The translations under genes were made by a program, and so were the position numbers. 63,884 nt of DNA from a virus (lineage: Duplodnaviria; Caudoviricetes): IMG/VR virus record IMGVR_UViG_3300036985_002667, positions 1 through 63,884 of that record; one strand, given 5' to 3'. The notes under the pieces were generated by a model. That model saw only the letters and a program-made list of their open reading frames with translations. It searched no databases and was not told the DNA's origin. Shown piece after piece: positions 20,075 to 28,819 of the stretch (positions are counted from its first letter, which is position 1; every line of letters begins with the position of its first letter).

Positions 20075-20136
20075 GCTTTTTGTTTTTCTTTCGGGCCAAG
20101 TCGCGCTCGCGTCTGCGCAGTAACTTAGTCTCTTCT

Positions 20137-20481
20137 TCACTCAGCGTCCGGGTCAGTAATTGGCCGGTCAAAATCTCGCCAATTTGATCGAGCGGTGTTT
20201 TGTTCGAGTCCATCCAGCACCTCTAAGTTCTTCTCATTGATGATGAACGCCAGTCCGCCCGCTGCCTCGATCTTCTCAAGGTTGCGTAGCTGCAACTGTG
20301 TGGGCTTACCACGTCCGGCCTTGCACTCAATGCCGATGAACTTGCCCTGATAGCAGGCCAGAATATCGGGAGTCCCGCTGTTTGCATAGAGACCCCCGAT
20401 GTAGTTCACCGCGTAGGCTCCGATTGCTTTGAGCCTAGCGTGAACACGTGCCTTCACAGCGGCTTCAGGCGTTGCGGCCAT
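20137..20481 (-). CDS. VRR-NUC nuclease (Holliday junction resolvase-like)
   Basis: TPEAAVK...GTPDI...FIGIECKA...PT.LQ....I...GG. Confidence 0.9.
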   Translation of the reverse strand: MAATPEAAVKARVHARLKAIGAYAVNYIGGLYANSGTPDILACYQGKFIGIECKAGRGKPTQLQLRNLEKIEAAGGLAFIINEKNLEVLDGLEQNTARSNWRDFDRPITDPDAE

Positions 20482-20845
20482 GTTCCAATTCGATCAGCTT
20501 GTCGAGGTAATGCCGGGCTTTCTCAAGGTCTTGCACGCCGCCCTTGTCCCGGAAGCGCATGATGTACTTCAGCGCGTTGCCATCGAAGAACCCCATCTCA
20601 TTGTTCTCGATCACTTCCCACGGCTGGATGGCCAGCTTGGTGTAATGATTGCCGCCCACTTGGTGCGTGTCGACAGCAGGCAGGGCGGGCTCGGCAACAA
20701 CTTCTACAGGGGCAGACTCCGCTCGCATCTTACTGCGTACTGCGTAGACCGTCACTTTGGATACGCCCAGCTTATCGGCTATCTCCGCCACTGTCAGGTT
20801 GATGTTGCGGGTCAGAAGGGCTCGAATCTTGTCGCTCTTTGTCAT
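20465..20845 (-). CDS. HTH plus DUF3310 (T7 gp1.7-like) protein
   Basis: N-terminal LTVAEIADKLGVS HTH; QVGGNHY...GNALKY..R..K.G..DLEKA.HY. Confidence 0.85.
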   Translation of the reverse strand: MTKSDKIRALLTRNINLTVAEIADKLGVSKVTVYAVRSKMRAESAPVEVVAEPALPAVDTHQVGGNHYTKLAIQPWEVIENNEMGFFDGNALKYIMRFRDKGGVQDLEKARHYLDKLIELEHGRNA

Positions 20846-20950
20846 GCTTGGTTCCTGCTAAAAAATTAAATTCTGAAAGAAGCTTGTGGACCTTGGCCTC
20901 AAACAAATCCATACCGGCCTGCGCAAACGCTGTGTCTTGCCATTTGTCAG

Positions 20951-21151
20951 TCATATCGATCCCATGAACTTTGGTAGGGGTGCCCAGTGTGTCCAGTACG
21001 TATCCTTGCGATTGTAGATGCCATACGTAGCACAACCCATCTTCTTATTGACGAGCTGCACCTTACGCCCCACCGGGCACGTATCGATTGGTCGCCAAGG
21101 ATACTCCTGATCCACTGCCGCAGCACCGTCCGATGAAGTCTTGACGGTCAT
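20951..21151 (-). CDS. Hypothetical protein (WRPIDTCP...THWAPLP family)
   Basis: ATGA-coupled; common phage motif. Confidence 0.65.
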   Translation of the reverse strand: MTVKTSSDGAAAVDQEYPWRPIDTCPVGRKVQLVNKKMGCATYGIYNRKDTYWTHWAPLPKFMGSI

Positions 21152-21432
21152 TCCTCACCCCTCCACGGATAGAGTGGCACCCATCCGGTCTTGTCGTTGA
21201 AACAGGCGATGTTTCTTGCCAGCATGCCGCTCTTAACGCACTGCCATGCCGTAGGTTCCGTTTCCTCATAGGTCAGCGGCTTACCCACACGCTCGGACAT
21301 TGTCTGCGTAATCGCATCCTTGAGTGCGGTGATCTCAACGTTCAAGTCCACTCGAACTGCGCCTTCGTGGATTACTTCTCCGTTCAAAAACTCCAGCGCA
21401 TCAAGCGCCAGTCTCATGGCTTCAATAGTCAT
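21148..21432 (-). CDS. Hypothetical protein
   Basis: ATGA-coupled with SD. Confidence 0.6.
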   Translation of the reverse strand: MTIEAMRLALDALEFLNGEVIHEGAVRVDLNVEITALKDAITQTMSERVGKPLTYEETEPTAWQCVKSGMLARNIACFNDKTGWVPLYPWRGEE

Positions 21433-22031
21433 CCCTCACCCCCAATGCCATGCGCTCGCTCGATTGCGCGAACAAATGTCACTTCGTTTGATGAAGCATC
21501 TCCCCAGCCAACTGCGTCGTTCCATAGCTTGTTGATCGTTTCAATAGAAAGCGGCTCCTGTTTCTTTATGAAGCCCGCACGCGAAAGCGTATCCCCGACC
21601 GTCATCAGCATTGGCCCGCGTGTCGTGTCCGTGTCGATGGGGTACTCGTTCCAGGCCCATGACTTAACTGTTAAGTTATCCTTAATAGTTGGCTTCATCT
21701 CCTGCTGCACGTCAGTCAGCGGCTTGTGCTGTGGCAGGGTGGTGTAGAGGGGCAGATAATCTGGATGCTTATGAAAATCAATATGCCCACGATCAACCCG
21801 CACCCACGCCACCGGCTCAACTGGTGTGTATTCGTTATCCACACTAGTGTGTGTTTTTTCCATCTCCTGTTGCACATCCGTCAGCCGTTGCATGGCTTCC
21901 TCGGCAAGCGCGGCGCGGAGGGCGGTGACGGTCTTGTTCAGGTTGCTTGCTGGCACCAACCAGAACGAAGAATTCTTGTTTGTGTCAACGATGAAGTCCA
22001 TTGCCAACTGTGCTGCTTCTCTTAGGTTCAT
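21429..22031 (-). CDS. Hypothetical mosaic protein
   Basis: ATGA-coupled; internal LTDVQQEM duplication. Confidence 0.6.
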   Translation of the reverse strand: MNLREAAQLAMDFIVDTNKNSSFWLVPASNLNKTVTALRAALAEEAMQRLTDVQQEMEKTHTSVDNEYTPVEPVAWVRVDRGHIDFHKHPDYLPLYTTLPQHKPLTDVQQEMKPTIKDNLTVKSWAWNEYPIDTDTTRGPMLMTVGDTLSRAGFIKKQEPLSIETINKLWNDAVGWGDASSNEVTFVRAIERAHGIGGEG

Positions 22032-22339
22032 TCCTCACCTCTTGCTCTGATAGCGGCAGCGCAGGCTCTGACGCCGTTGTTATACGGCTTGTCCGTGTGC
22101 TCCAACTTGGAAAGTTGAGTTTCACACACCTTCGCACACGCCTCACGTTCGGCAGCAACAAGTTCCACAAGTGCTTTGATGTGCGTGTTAACCTGCTCAA
22201 TCACTGGCGCGTTTGCCGCAAAGATGCGCTCACGTTCTGCCGCAGAAACAAGAGCGGCGAAGCGTTCAAGCATAACGTCCTGCTCAAAGTCATCAAACCC
22301 AACTTCTCGCGCCATGCGGATAATATCTTCGCGGTTCAT
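22028..22339 (-). CDS. Hypothetical protein (AEREACAKVC family)
   Basis: ATGA-coupled; common phage motif. Confidence 0.65.
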   Translation of the reverse strand: MNREDIIRMAREVGFDDFEQDVMLERFAALVSAAERERIFAANAPVIEQVNTHIKALVELVAAEREACAKVCETQLSKLEHTDKPYNNGVRACAAAIRARGEE

Positions 22340-22680
22340 TCCTTATCCCTCCCAATCTCAGCCGCAGCCCTGACGATTGCGCGGCGGGTGGCGGCGTAGG
22401 GGTCGTCGCCATGAGGTTCTGTGCCGATGCACTGTCCTGTGCTGCCCACAACGTAAGTGCGGCAATCTTCATCGTCCACTTGGACGGTGAGCCACAACTT
22501 CACAACCAGTCGCAGCGCGTCGCCGTCATCGGTGAGCGGGTTCCAGCCGCTTGTAGAGGCCTTAATGATTCCGGGCTCCGGAGGGTGTTTGTAAGTGCCC
22601 TTCGGCTCTCCGCTTAAGTTAAGCGACGGTACTACTCCCGCAGCCTTCGCAGCCAGTTCCAGCAATTCGTGGTCAGTCAT
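22336..22680 (-). CDS. Hypothetical protein (WNPL.DDGDALRL family)
   Basis: Common phage motif; ATGA coupling. Confidence 0.7.
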   Translation of the reverse strand: MTDHELLELAAKAAGVVPSLNLSGEPKGTYKHPPEPGIIKASTSGWNPLTDDGDALRLVVKLWLTVQVDDEDCRTYVVGSTGQCIGTEPHGDDPYAATRRAIVRAAAEIGRDKE

Positions 22681-22781
22681 TTCTTATCCCCCATCCCCAC
22701 CTGAGCGATCACCCAGCCAAGGAGCCAGCCGACAAGTGCGCCTCCGACCATTACCAGCAACTCAAAATAGTCGCTCATCAT
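22677..22781 (-). CDS. 34-aa membrane peptide
   Basis: Read by hand: MMSDYFELLVMVGGALVGWLLGWVIAQVGMGDKK; coupled on both sides. Confidence 0.45.
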   Translation of the reverse strand: MMSDYFELLVMVGGALVGWLLGWVIAQVGMGDKK

Positions 22782-22948
22782 TCCGCGATCTCCACATCAG
22801 CCCAAGCTGCCAGATGCACAACATTGCCATTGTCGTCAGTACAGTAGCTGTACATGCCGTCCACATGATGGAACAGCAGAGTGGTTTCGTTTCCTTGGTC
22901 ATCGCTTAGTTTCACCTTAGTGTTTCTGGGAACGTCGTAGAGTTTCAT
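22778..22948 (-). CDS. 56-aa hypothetical protein
   Basis: Read by hand: MKLYDVPRN...FHHVDGMYSYC...WADVEIAE; ATGA coupling. Confidence 0.6.
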   Translation of the reverse strand: MKLYDVPRNTKVKLSDDQGNETTLLFHHVDGMYSYCTDDNGNVVHLAAWADVEIAE

Positions 22949-23301
22949 TTCTGTTGCCCCATGTAGTACGCGAGGCAGGAATTAAATGCGAGGTGGTCAT
23001 ACGCCCGGGTGCCGTCAATAGACCACGCATGGGTGTTAACCGATTTGGGGGTGTCCGCGATTTGAATCGTGCCGAATGCTTTGTTGCAGTCGCTCACCGT
23101 CACGGTCCAACGCCATGAATACGGAGCCGAATTCACATCCCACAGAGCTACGACTTTGGGCACGTCTTTAGTGCCGATATTGCGGACGGACGTGGGGAGG
23201 AACACGTAGGAGGCATCTGTAATAGAAAACGAATACGGGTTCGCCTCCTGTGCCAATGCCAAAGTGGGGACAAACAACAGTGCGGTAAGTAGCTTCTTCA
23301 T
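22945..23301 (-). CDS. Secreted/periplasmic protein
   Basis: Signal peptide MKKLLTALLFVPTLALA; two Cys. Confidence 0.65.
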   Translation of the reverse strand: MKKLLTALLFVPTLALAQEANPYSFSITDASYVFLPTSVRNIGTKDVPKVVALWDVNSAPYSWRWTVTVSDCNKAFGTIQIADTPKSVNTHAWSIDGTRAYDHLAFNSCLAYYMGQQK

Positions 23302-23696
23302 TTAACTTTGCTCCCGAGCCAGATCATCGCTGCGCCGAGGACGCCGGCACCGGCTGCTACGGCCAGACCTAACGGCCCGAGGGCTACGATAGACAGCAAG
23401 CCGCCGACTACGCCAACGCTTGAGATGATCGCGCCTGCTCCCAGCAGAACCCGTTTAAACACGCTTGGTTTGGCGGCCTGCGCCGGGGCGGGTGTTGGTG
23501 CGGGCGCTATGGTGGGACGGCTGGGCGGTACGCGATTGACTTGGCTCATAGCGCGGGCCATCTGCGCGGCTTTGATCGTGGGCACGAGCGGGCTGTCCGT
23601 GTTGCGTAGCTCGGTGCGGTCGGGGCGTGGTGCTGCCCGTGCTGGGCTGGTCACTGAGGCTTCGGTTTGCGCTGGCGAAATGCGTTCGATCTTCAT
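23298..23696 (-). CDS. Membrane protein with disordered N-terminus and C-terminal hydrophobic hairpin
   Basis: AAGGA SD before ATG 23696 (MKIERISP...); two hydrophobic segments. Confidence 0.6.
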   Translation of the reverse strand: MKIERISPAQTEASVTSPARAAPRPDRTELRNTDSPLVPTIKAAQMARAMSQVNRVPPSRPTIAPAPTPAPAQAAKPSVFKRVLLGAGAIISSVGVVGGLLSIVALGPLGLAVAAGAGVLGAAMIWLGSKVK

Positions 23697-24105
23697 GGTC
23701 TTTTCCTTGGTTGATAAGTCGTTCGTGTTTAATAAAATACATTGCTGAAACAAAAGCACAGATACCGGTGATAACGAGGGCGCCGGGGCCGAACGCCGGG
23801 ATCAGCAACAGGCTGCCTATCGCACACCACGCCATCGCTCTCCCTGCTGCTTTCGCCGGAGTCTCCGGGGTTACATACGGGGGTCTCGGGGGAGGCTTTT
23901 CTGGCTTCTGCTCCACCTGCACCTTCTTGGCACGAGGGGCGGCAGTCTTGAGGGCTGACTCCAGCCTGCTCGCGTGCAGCGTCGAGCGTGTCGCATTGAT
24001 CGGATCAGACGAAGTGAAGGTCTTCACCTGCGGTACAGGGTCAAACCGTACCCGACGCTGAGCTGTGGGCTGATACTGCCGAGGCGATACGCGGTCGACG
24101 TTCAT
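23455..24105 (-). CDS. Membrane protein with disordered N-terminus and hydrophobic hairpin
   Basis: MNVDRVSP...; TM hairpin; long overlap with next gene. Confidence 0.5.
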   Translation of the reverse strand: MNVDRVSPRQYQPTAQRRVRFDPVPQVKTFTSSDPINATRSTLHASRLESALKTAAPRAKKVQVEQKPEKPPPRPPYVTPETPAKAAGRAMAWCAIGSLLLIPAFGPGALVITGICAFVSAMYFIKHERLINQGKDHEDRTHFASANRSLSDQPSTGSTTPRPHRATQHGQPARAHDQSRADGPRYEPSQSRTAQPSHHSARTNTRPGAGRQTKRV

Positions 24106-24239
24106 GAGAAAAGTCTAACCAGTAGACCCACACCCACTACAGCCAGCGCGCCGAGGATACCACCCATAATCACGCCACTGCCGTAGCCCTCGGTGTAGCC
24201 TTCCTCAAACACGGTGGTGAATTCGTCTTCTGTAATCAC
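24102..24239 (-). CDS. 45-aa membrane peptide
   Basis: GTG start overlapping upstream stop; single TM; ATGA coupling downstream. Confidence 0.5.
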   Translation of the reverse strand: MITEDEFTTVFEEGYTEGYGSGVIMGGILGALAVVGVGLLVRLFS

Positions 24240-24706
24240 TGCTGTTTCCTTAAGTTAGTGGCGCGTCCTGATGTAATTTCTTTTTGGGCTAGCTTGATGG
24301 CTGTGTCCATCTCACGTACGGTTACTATCTCCATCTGCGCATCGTGCAGTTCCAGCAATTGGTTGAGTATCGTGATCTCCGGGCCAGTGGGCACGTACTT
24401 CCCCACCTTATGGCTGCGGTGAACAATATCCATCAATGTCTGACGCCCTGCTGTGACTTCGTCCGCATACTCTTTACCGAAACCCATCTTGTGCAGGGCT
24501 TCGGTAATGTTGTACATGGTGATGAGCATGCTCATGTGAGACGGCCCCGCCTCGCCTTGCAACAGGGCAAGCATCGCGGCGTGGTTCTTGAGCCGCAACG
24601 TTACCAGTTGATCGGCGTGGTCAGTCATTGGGGCAAACCCATCTTTCACATAGCCCATCGGGTTCAGAATCACACCCTTGGGCCGGTACTTACTTCTCTT
24701 GCGCAT
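24236..24706 (-). CDS. Hypothetical protein
   Basis: 156 aa, in operon. Confidence 0.65.
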   Translation of the reverse strand: MRKRSKYRPKGVILNPMGYVKDGFAPMTDHADQLVTLRLKNHAAMLALLQGEAGPSHMSMLITMYNITEALHKMGFGKEYADEVTAGRQTLMDIVHRSHKVGKYVPTGPEITILNQLLELHDAQMEIVTVREMDTAIKLAQKEITSGRATNLRKQQ

Positions 24707-24863
24707 CGGCTCTCACCAAGGCAAGTGCTTCTTTGACCAACTCACGTACTTGCTTGGCGTCTTCTCGACCTTCTGCGGTCTGTAAGTGCGCGCCTGAGTG
24801 AATCGCAATGCCTAACAAACTATCTGCTGCGTGTAATGCCGCACTAATTAGTTCCTTGTTCAT
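24690..24863 (-). CDS. Hypothetical protein
   Basis: GGGAG SD before ATG 24863. Confidence 0.5.
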   Translation of the reverse strand: MNKELISAALHAADSLLGIAIHSGAHLQTAEGREDAKQVRELVKEALALVRADAQEK

Positions 24864-24985
24864 CTGTTTTCTCCCTTGTAAGACGCGCTTTGACTTTGGC
24901 GGTGCAGGTTGCGCATCGCCAGCGTTTGCCACTAGATGTTTTGAGCCACCCACCCCCAGCAGCAGGGCGGGTCTTCATGCAGTTG

Positions 24986-25252
24986 CTACAGAAGTGTGTG
25001 TCTGTCATGGAAAATATCAATGTCCACTAAGTTGAAGTTCTCGTCGACCGAGAACCACAGAACTCTATCAGGTGGAGGCTCAACAACTTTAAGAAAATGC
25101 TCACCCGCCCGGGCCATGTCGGCAATGGCGACCAGCCACGCCGGGCGCTGGGACAAGGGCAGGTCGATGTGCGAGTCCGTGTCGAGTTCGGTGCTGAACA
25201 CAGACAAGTAGTAGCGTTCCTTGTGCTCGGTGTAGCGCATCTCAACAGTCAT
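24986..25252 (-). CDS. Hypothetical protein
   Basis: ATGA-coupled. Confidence 0.55.
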   Translation of the reverse strand: MTVEMRYTEHKERYYLSVFSTELDTDSHIDLPLSQRPAWLVAIADMARAGEHFLKVVEPPPDRVLWFSVDENFNLVDIDIFHDRHTLL

Positions 25253-25488
25253 GACTTCTCGTCCTCGAGCTTAGTCACCAGCTGCATCGCGCCGTACTCG
25301 TGCAGCGTCATCATGGTGCCTTTCAAAGACTCAGACGTAACGTAGGGTCGGAGCAGCTTGAGGTACTTGGAGTTGCCTACGTACTTGTCCTCGATACGCT
25401 CGGCACCGTCGAGTGCTTCGGATAATTTTTTTAGTTGCGGTTGGGTCAACAGCACTTTGGTATTGGCAATCTCAAGCAGGAACTTCAT
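25249..25488 (-). CDS. Hypothetical protein
   Basis: AAGGAG SD before ATG 25488. Confidence 0.55.
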   Translation of the reverse strand: MKFLLEIANTKVLLTQPQLKKLSEALDGAERIEDKYVGNSKYLKLLRPYVTSESLKGTMMTLHEYGAMQLVTKLEDEKS

Positions 25489-26071
25489 CGTCGTCTCCTT
25501 CGTAGTCAAAAGTAATTTCGTTTGCTTCGCACATCTCAAGAAAGTGTTCTTCGGATGTTTCGTACTCGTAGGTCTTTTGCAACCGCGTGGCTAGCTCATG
25601 GCCTTGGTCTGTGACCCAGTCCTCGATCAGTGAGTAGATGCCCGACTGCTCTAGCTGCTCCTGCAACATGTCCTCCCAGTCTTGCGGGTCCATGTCAGAG
25701 AACACACCCTCCGGCACGGTGTAGGCGATGTTGTCGTTCCAGTCGAGCGAGAAGCCACTGCGGCGATTGTTGTTAGACACCCGTACATAGCTGCCGTCTT
25801 GGGCAAAGGCTACGTACATCGGATACCACTTCTCGTCCAGCTTCTGAGCCTGCATCCACGGGGCAATCTTAATGCGCCCGTTAAAGCCCGCCGTCCAGCC
25901 GTAGTGATCTTCGAAATAGATAGAGTCGACGTGCACCCCCATAGGGGAAACCTGCTCGGTGAAGTCGGACTCGATGAAGTCCCACCACTCGTGGTCTGGG
26001 TAGTGGTTGCACAACTCCTGCTCGTAACGCTTGGGGTCTTTCTCTTTGAGCTGCAAGGCTGTGAGCTGCAT
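25472..26071 (-). CDS. Acidic hypothetical protein
   Basis: 199 aa, D/E/W-rich, GGAG SD. Confidence 0.65.
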   Translation of the reverse strand: MQLTALQLKEKDPKRYEQELCNHYPDHEWWDFIESDFTEQVSPMGVHVDSIYFEDHYGWTAGFNGRIKIAPWMQAQKLDEKWYPMYVAFAQDGSYVRVSNNNRRSGFSLDWNDNIAYTVPEGVFSDMDPQDWEDMLQEQLEQSGIYSLIEDWVTDQGHELATRLQKTYEYETSEEHFLEMCEANEITFDYEGDDDEVPA

Positions 26072-26072
26072 G

Positions 26073-27257
26073 TCAGTCTCCGATGTGCACGACGCTGCCG
26101 TAGGGTGGTCTAATCGTTAGACTCGTGAGTGCCCACAGCACGGGGTAGGGCGGGGCTGTATTGAACGGGGTGTGCCCGTCAGTGAGCACGACACAGGCGT
26201 CAGGCTTGATGTGCTTGGCACGCAGGTAGTCGAACGCCACGGGCAGGTCGGTGCCGCCACCGCCACGGGGTTGCAGGTCTGCTACGGCGAACTGGCCGTG
26301 CTCGAATGTCTGGTGGGCGGCAACGCGAGTGTCGACGTACATCACATCTACGTACGTGGGCTTAACCTGCTCGATGATGGCAGCCAGCTCGGACACGAAC
26401 CGCGTGGCAATGTCTGTGCCGAAGCACGACCCGCTGGTGTCGAACACCACCGCCAGACGCGTCATAGTAGTGCTCACCATAGACGGCAGGTAAATGTCCA
26501 TGTCCATGTACCGTCTGTTCGGTCTGCGCCATGTCGCCTCGTCACGGCCTGTGCACGTCTCACTCACGAACTCACGCAGCACCTCGCGCCAGTTACGGGT
26601 CGGGTGCAGCAGCTCACCGAATGCGGGGGTATTGTCGAGGCCCATCTGGGCAGCACGTCGCTTGGCAAGTATCTCGCCTTGGCGCAGGGCTTGGTCGATC
26701 TCCTTGATGCGCTTGTCGTCGAACGCTTGCTGCGCTGCGTCAGCGTCGGCAGTGGTGGCGTCGGGTGGGGGTGCGTCGTCGGGCAGATGCTCGTCGAACG
26801 ACTGTGGTGGGGTAGGGGGTGGGTTCTTCTTGAGGTCGGCAAAGATACGACCGACTGACCAGCCCCGGTACTTAGGCTCAGGCTGCACACCTAGGGCGGG
26901 CATGGCAAGGAAGTCATCTCCGTTGTTCATGTCCATCAGGGTCAGGTTCACGAAGTGATCCATCGCAATGTTAGCGAGCTGGGCATTTTCTGTGATGAGT
27001 GAGCGCCATACCCGCATGTGGCGGTAGGCTTTGTGTTGCTGCTCGTGCAGGATGAGCAGACGCAGTTGCGGGTCGGATAGCGTGTCGACGAACTCAGGGT
27101 TGATGAGCACGTTCCACCCGTCAGTCGCAGCGGTAGGCACGGTGTCCGTGATAGTGAGCTTGCCACATGCCATGATGCCGGCGTACCGGCAGAAGCGTGG
27201 GTGTCTCATGATGGCGATCTTGGCCTTGTTGATACGGTCTTGAGTTGGGACTTGCAT
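26073..27257 (-). CDS. DUF2201-type metallopeptidase plus vWA domain protein
   Basis: TAATDG, LHEQQH, WRRPNRR, DTSGS MIDAS, GGGGT, LTDG. Confidence 0.88.
   Translation of the reverse strand: MQVPTQDRINKAKIAIMRHPRFCRYAGIMACGKLTITDTVPTAATDGWNVLINPEFVDTLSDPQLRLLILHEQQHKAYRHMRVWRSLITENAQLANIAMDHFVNLTLMDMNNGDDFLAMPALGVQPEPKYRGWSVGRIFADLKKNPPPTPPQSFDEHLPDDAPPPDATTADADAAQQAFDDKRIKEIDQALRQGEILAKRRAAQMGLDNTPAFGELLHPTRNWREVLREFVSETCTGRDEATWRRPNRRYMDMDIYLPSMVSTTMTRLAVVFDTSGSCFGTDIATRFVSELAAIIEQVKPTYVDVMYVDTRVAAHQTFEHGQFAVADLQPRGGGGTDLPVAFDYLRAKHIKPDACVVLTDGHTPFNTAPPYPVLWALTSLTIRPPYGSVVHIGD
26108..26122. promoter_or_regulatory. TCTAA-N3-TTAGA palindrome
   Basis: GTCTAATCGTTAGAC inside vWA 3' end, 36 nt upstream of next ATG. 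Confidence 0.65.
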
Positions 27258-27285
27258 GGTTGTTCCTTAGTGGTTAGTGGTGTGG

Positions 27286-27696
27286 CTAGTCTCGGTACAG
27301 GTACGTATGCCCTTCGATCTCGATCTCGTCGTAGTCAGATCGGCAGTTGTCGGCAGTCGCTTTCCAATCGATCTCGATGTACCACGGTAAGGGTTTGGGC
27401 ACGTCGCCGCAGTTTTCTAGTGTGTCCTTGATGTAGTCGACGAAGTGGTCGTCGGCAATAAGGTAGTCGGCACTACCAATCTCCTCCAGCGCGTCGGTCA
27501 GCATTAGCCACTCGACCCCCTCGGGCTGGTGTTTCTCCCATACCTCGACAGTCTGCTCGCGCAGGTTGTCGTAGTCGTCGTGGTCCTCGTCGATGCCAGC
27601 AGACTCGCACATCTCATCAAGGAACTGCTCGCGCTCTGCGTCTAGCTCCTCGATCCTGTCTTCAATCACTTGCCTGCTGATAAAGTCACCGTGCAT
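27286..27696 (-). CDS. ArdA-like acidic antirestriction protein
   Basis: Highly acidic; C-terminal YIEIDWKATAD...G.TYLYR pattern. Confidence 0.55.
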   Translation of the reverse strand: MHGDFISRQVIEDRIEELDAEREQFLDEMCESAGIDEDHDDYDNLREQTVEVWEKHQPEGVEWLMLTDALEEIGSADYLIADDHFVDYIKDTLENCGDVPKPLPWYIEIDWKATADNCRSDYDEIEIEGHTYLYRD

Positions 27697-27859
27697 GGCG
27701 TGCCTCCTTAAGTAGTGCCGTCTGTAGTCGTGTCAGGTCGCGCTGGTGGTCGTACATCTGAGGGCGTGGGGCGTAGGATCGGCTGATCCGTGTCGGGTTC
27801 CAGTCCTTGTGTAATCGCACGATAGTGCGTCCGTTTGATGTGGTCTCAAGTCGTAGCAT
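27686..27859 (-). CDS. 57-aa hypothetical protein
   Basis: Read by hand; AAGGAG SD; MLRLETTSNG... Confidence 0.5.
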   Translation of the reverse strand: MLRLETTSNGRTIVRLHKDWNPTRISRSYAPRPQMYDHQRDLTRLQTALLKEARHAR

Positions 27860-27879
27860 GGTGATCTCCTTGGTAGTGG

Positions 27880-27894
27880 GTCTAACGGTTAGAA
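27880..27894. promoter_or_regulatory. TCTAA-N3-TTAGA palindrome
   Basis: GTCTAACGGTTAGAA containing the TAA of 27889-28173. Confidence 0.7.
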
Positions 27895-28173
27895 TGGCAC
27901 GTCTACCTCGTCGCCTATCTTGCTGGCGACGTATGCACGCATGGCTGCAACGAGTGGGGTGGGGCCTTCGCTATAGCGGGGTGGATAGTCTTCGGTTCGC
28001 GCATACCAGTGCGCCGAGGGGGTGGCCGTAATGCAGAGCCTCTCACGCTCAATGATCGGCCCTCCATGCTCCCATTTGCCGCAGTAGTTGACCGGGGACA
28101 GCACGCCCGTCAGTCTCTCTGCATGGTTCACTGCCCAATTAAGGGCGTCGCCTGTCAGTTCACTTGTTTTCAT
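27889..28173 (-). CDS. DUF2591/NinX-like protein
   Basis: ELTG.ALNWAV...W..GGPIIERE...GPTPLVAAMR.YVASK.G. Confidence 0.8.
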   Translation of the reverse strand: MKTSELTGDALNWAVNHAERLTGVLSPVNYCGKWEHGGPIIERERLCITATPSAHWYARTEDYPPRYSEGPTPLVAAMRAYVASKIGDEVDVPF

Positions 28174-28448
28174 TTCACATACTCCTCTAGGGTTTGGATT
28201 AACTTCTTGCGTTGCTCGGGGTGGTGCCTTGGGTCAGACAGGTGGGCCAGAGTCAGCCGTATCATCTTCTTCACCGTCTCCTCCCGCTCGGCGTTCAGCT
28301 TGAGTAGCTTCTCGATGTTGTCGGTCAGCTGGGGCACAAGAGTGGCAGCGCGCTCCATCTCGGCCACGTGGTAGTCGGGCCACTGACTCTCGGGATACTC
28401 GCCCTTGATAGTGTTAGCGGCGAACGTCAGTAGGTCATGCAGCTTCAT
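28170..28448 (-). CDS. Hypothetical protein
   Basis: ATGA-coupled with SD. Confidence 0.55.
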   Translation of the reverse strand: MKLHDLLTFAANTIKGEYPESQWPDYHVAEMERAATLVPQLTDNIEKLLKLNAEREETVKKMIRLTLAHLSDPRHHPEQRKKLIQTLEEYVK

Positions 28449-28780
28449 TTCCCCTCCTTGTCCCAGTTCTGGTCCGCTTTGCGTATTGCTTCATTGGCCA
28501 TACCCATGATCGCGTCGAGCCGCTCGCCGTCGTGATAGTCGTAGACATACGCAGGAGTGGACACGATCTTCTTGAGTGCAGCCAGCAGGTCGGGTGCAGC
28601 GGCCACAAGCTGTGCATCAGCACGCCCTCGGGCTTCGGTTTCTGGGGTGTATACGCCGTGTGCGTTGCACGAAACTACAGCGGCAACGCATAGCCCGCCC
28701 TTAACGGGGCCTACATATACATGCCGTGGGTCATTGTCGTGGTTCCAAACTTCCCACGGCCCGGGTGTGTGTTGTGTCAT
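28445..28780 (-). CDS. Hypothetical protein (HTPGPW...AAAPDLL family)
   Basis: Common phage motif; GAGGAG SD. Confidence 0.75.
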   Translation of the reverse strand: MTQHTPGPWEVWNHDNDPRHVYVGPVKGGLCVAAVVSCNAHGVYTPETEARGRADAQLVAAAPDLLAALKKIVSTPAYVYDYHDGERLDAIMGMANEAIRKADQNWDKEGK

Positions 28781-28804
28781 AGTGGTCTCCTCGGTAACGG
28801 GTGG

Positions 28805-28819
28805 GTCTAACCGTTAGAA
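28805..28819. promoter_or_regulatory. TCTAA-N3-TTAGA palindrome
   Basis: GTCTAACCGTTAGAA containing the AAA gene stop. Confidence 0.7.

Noticed and set aside
19983-20213. 76-aa ORF
   Set aside because: Its 3' half is the antisense of tRNA-Thr and it overlaps VRR-NUC; probably spurious.
24113-24127. Degenerate twelfth palindrome GTCTAACCAGTAGAC
   Set aside because: It breaks the invariant core, lacks the central CG and lies in coding sequence. Not counted, although it is 7 nt upstream of an ATG.
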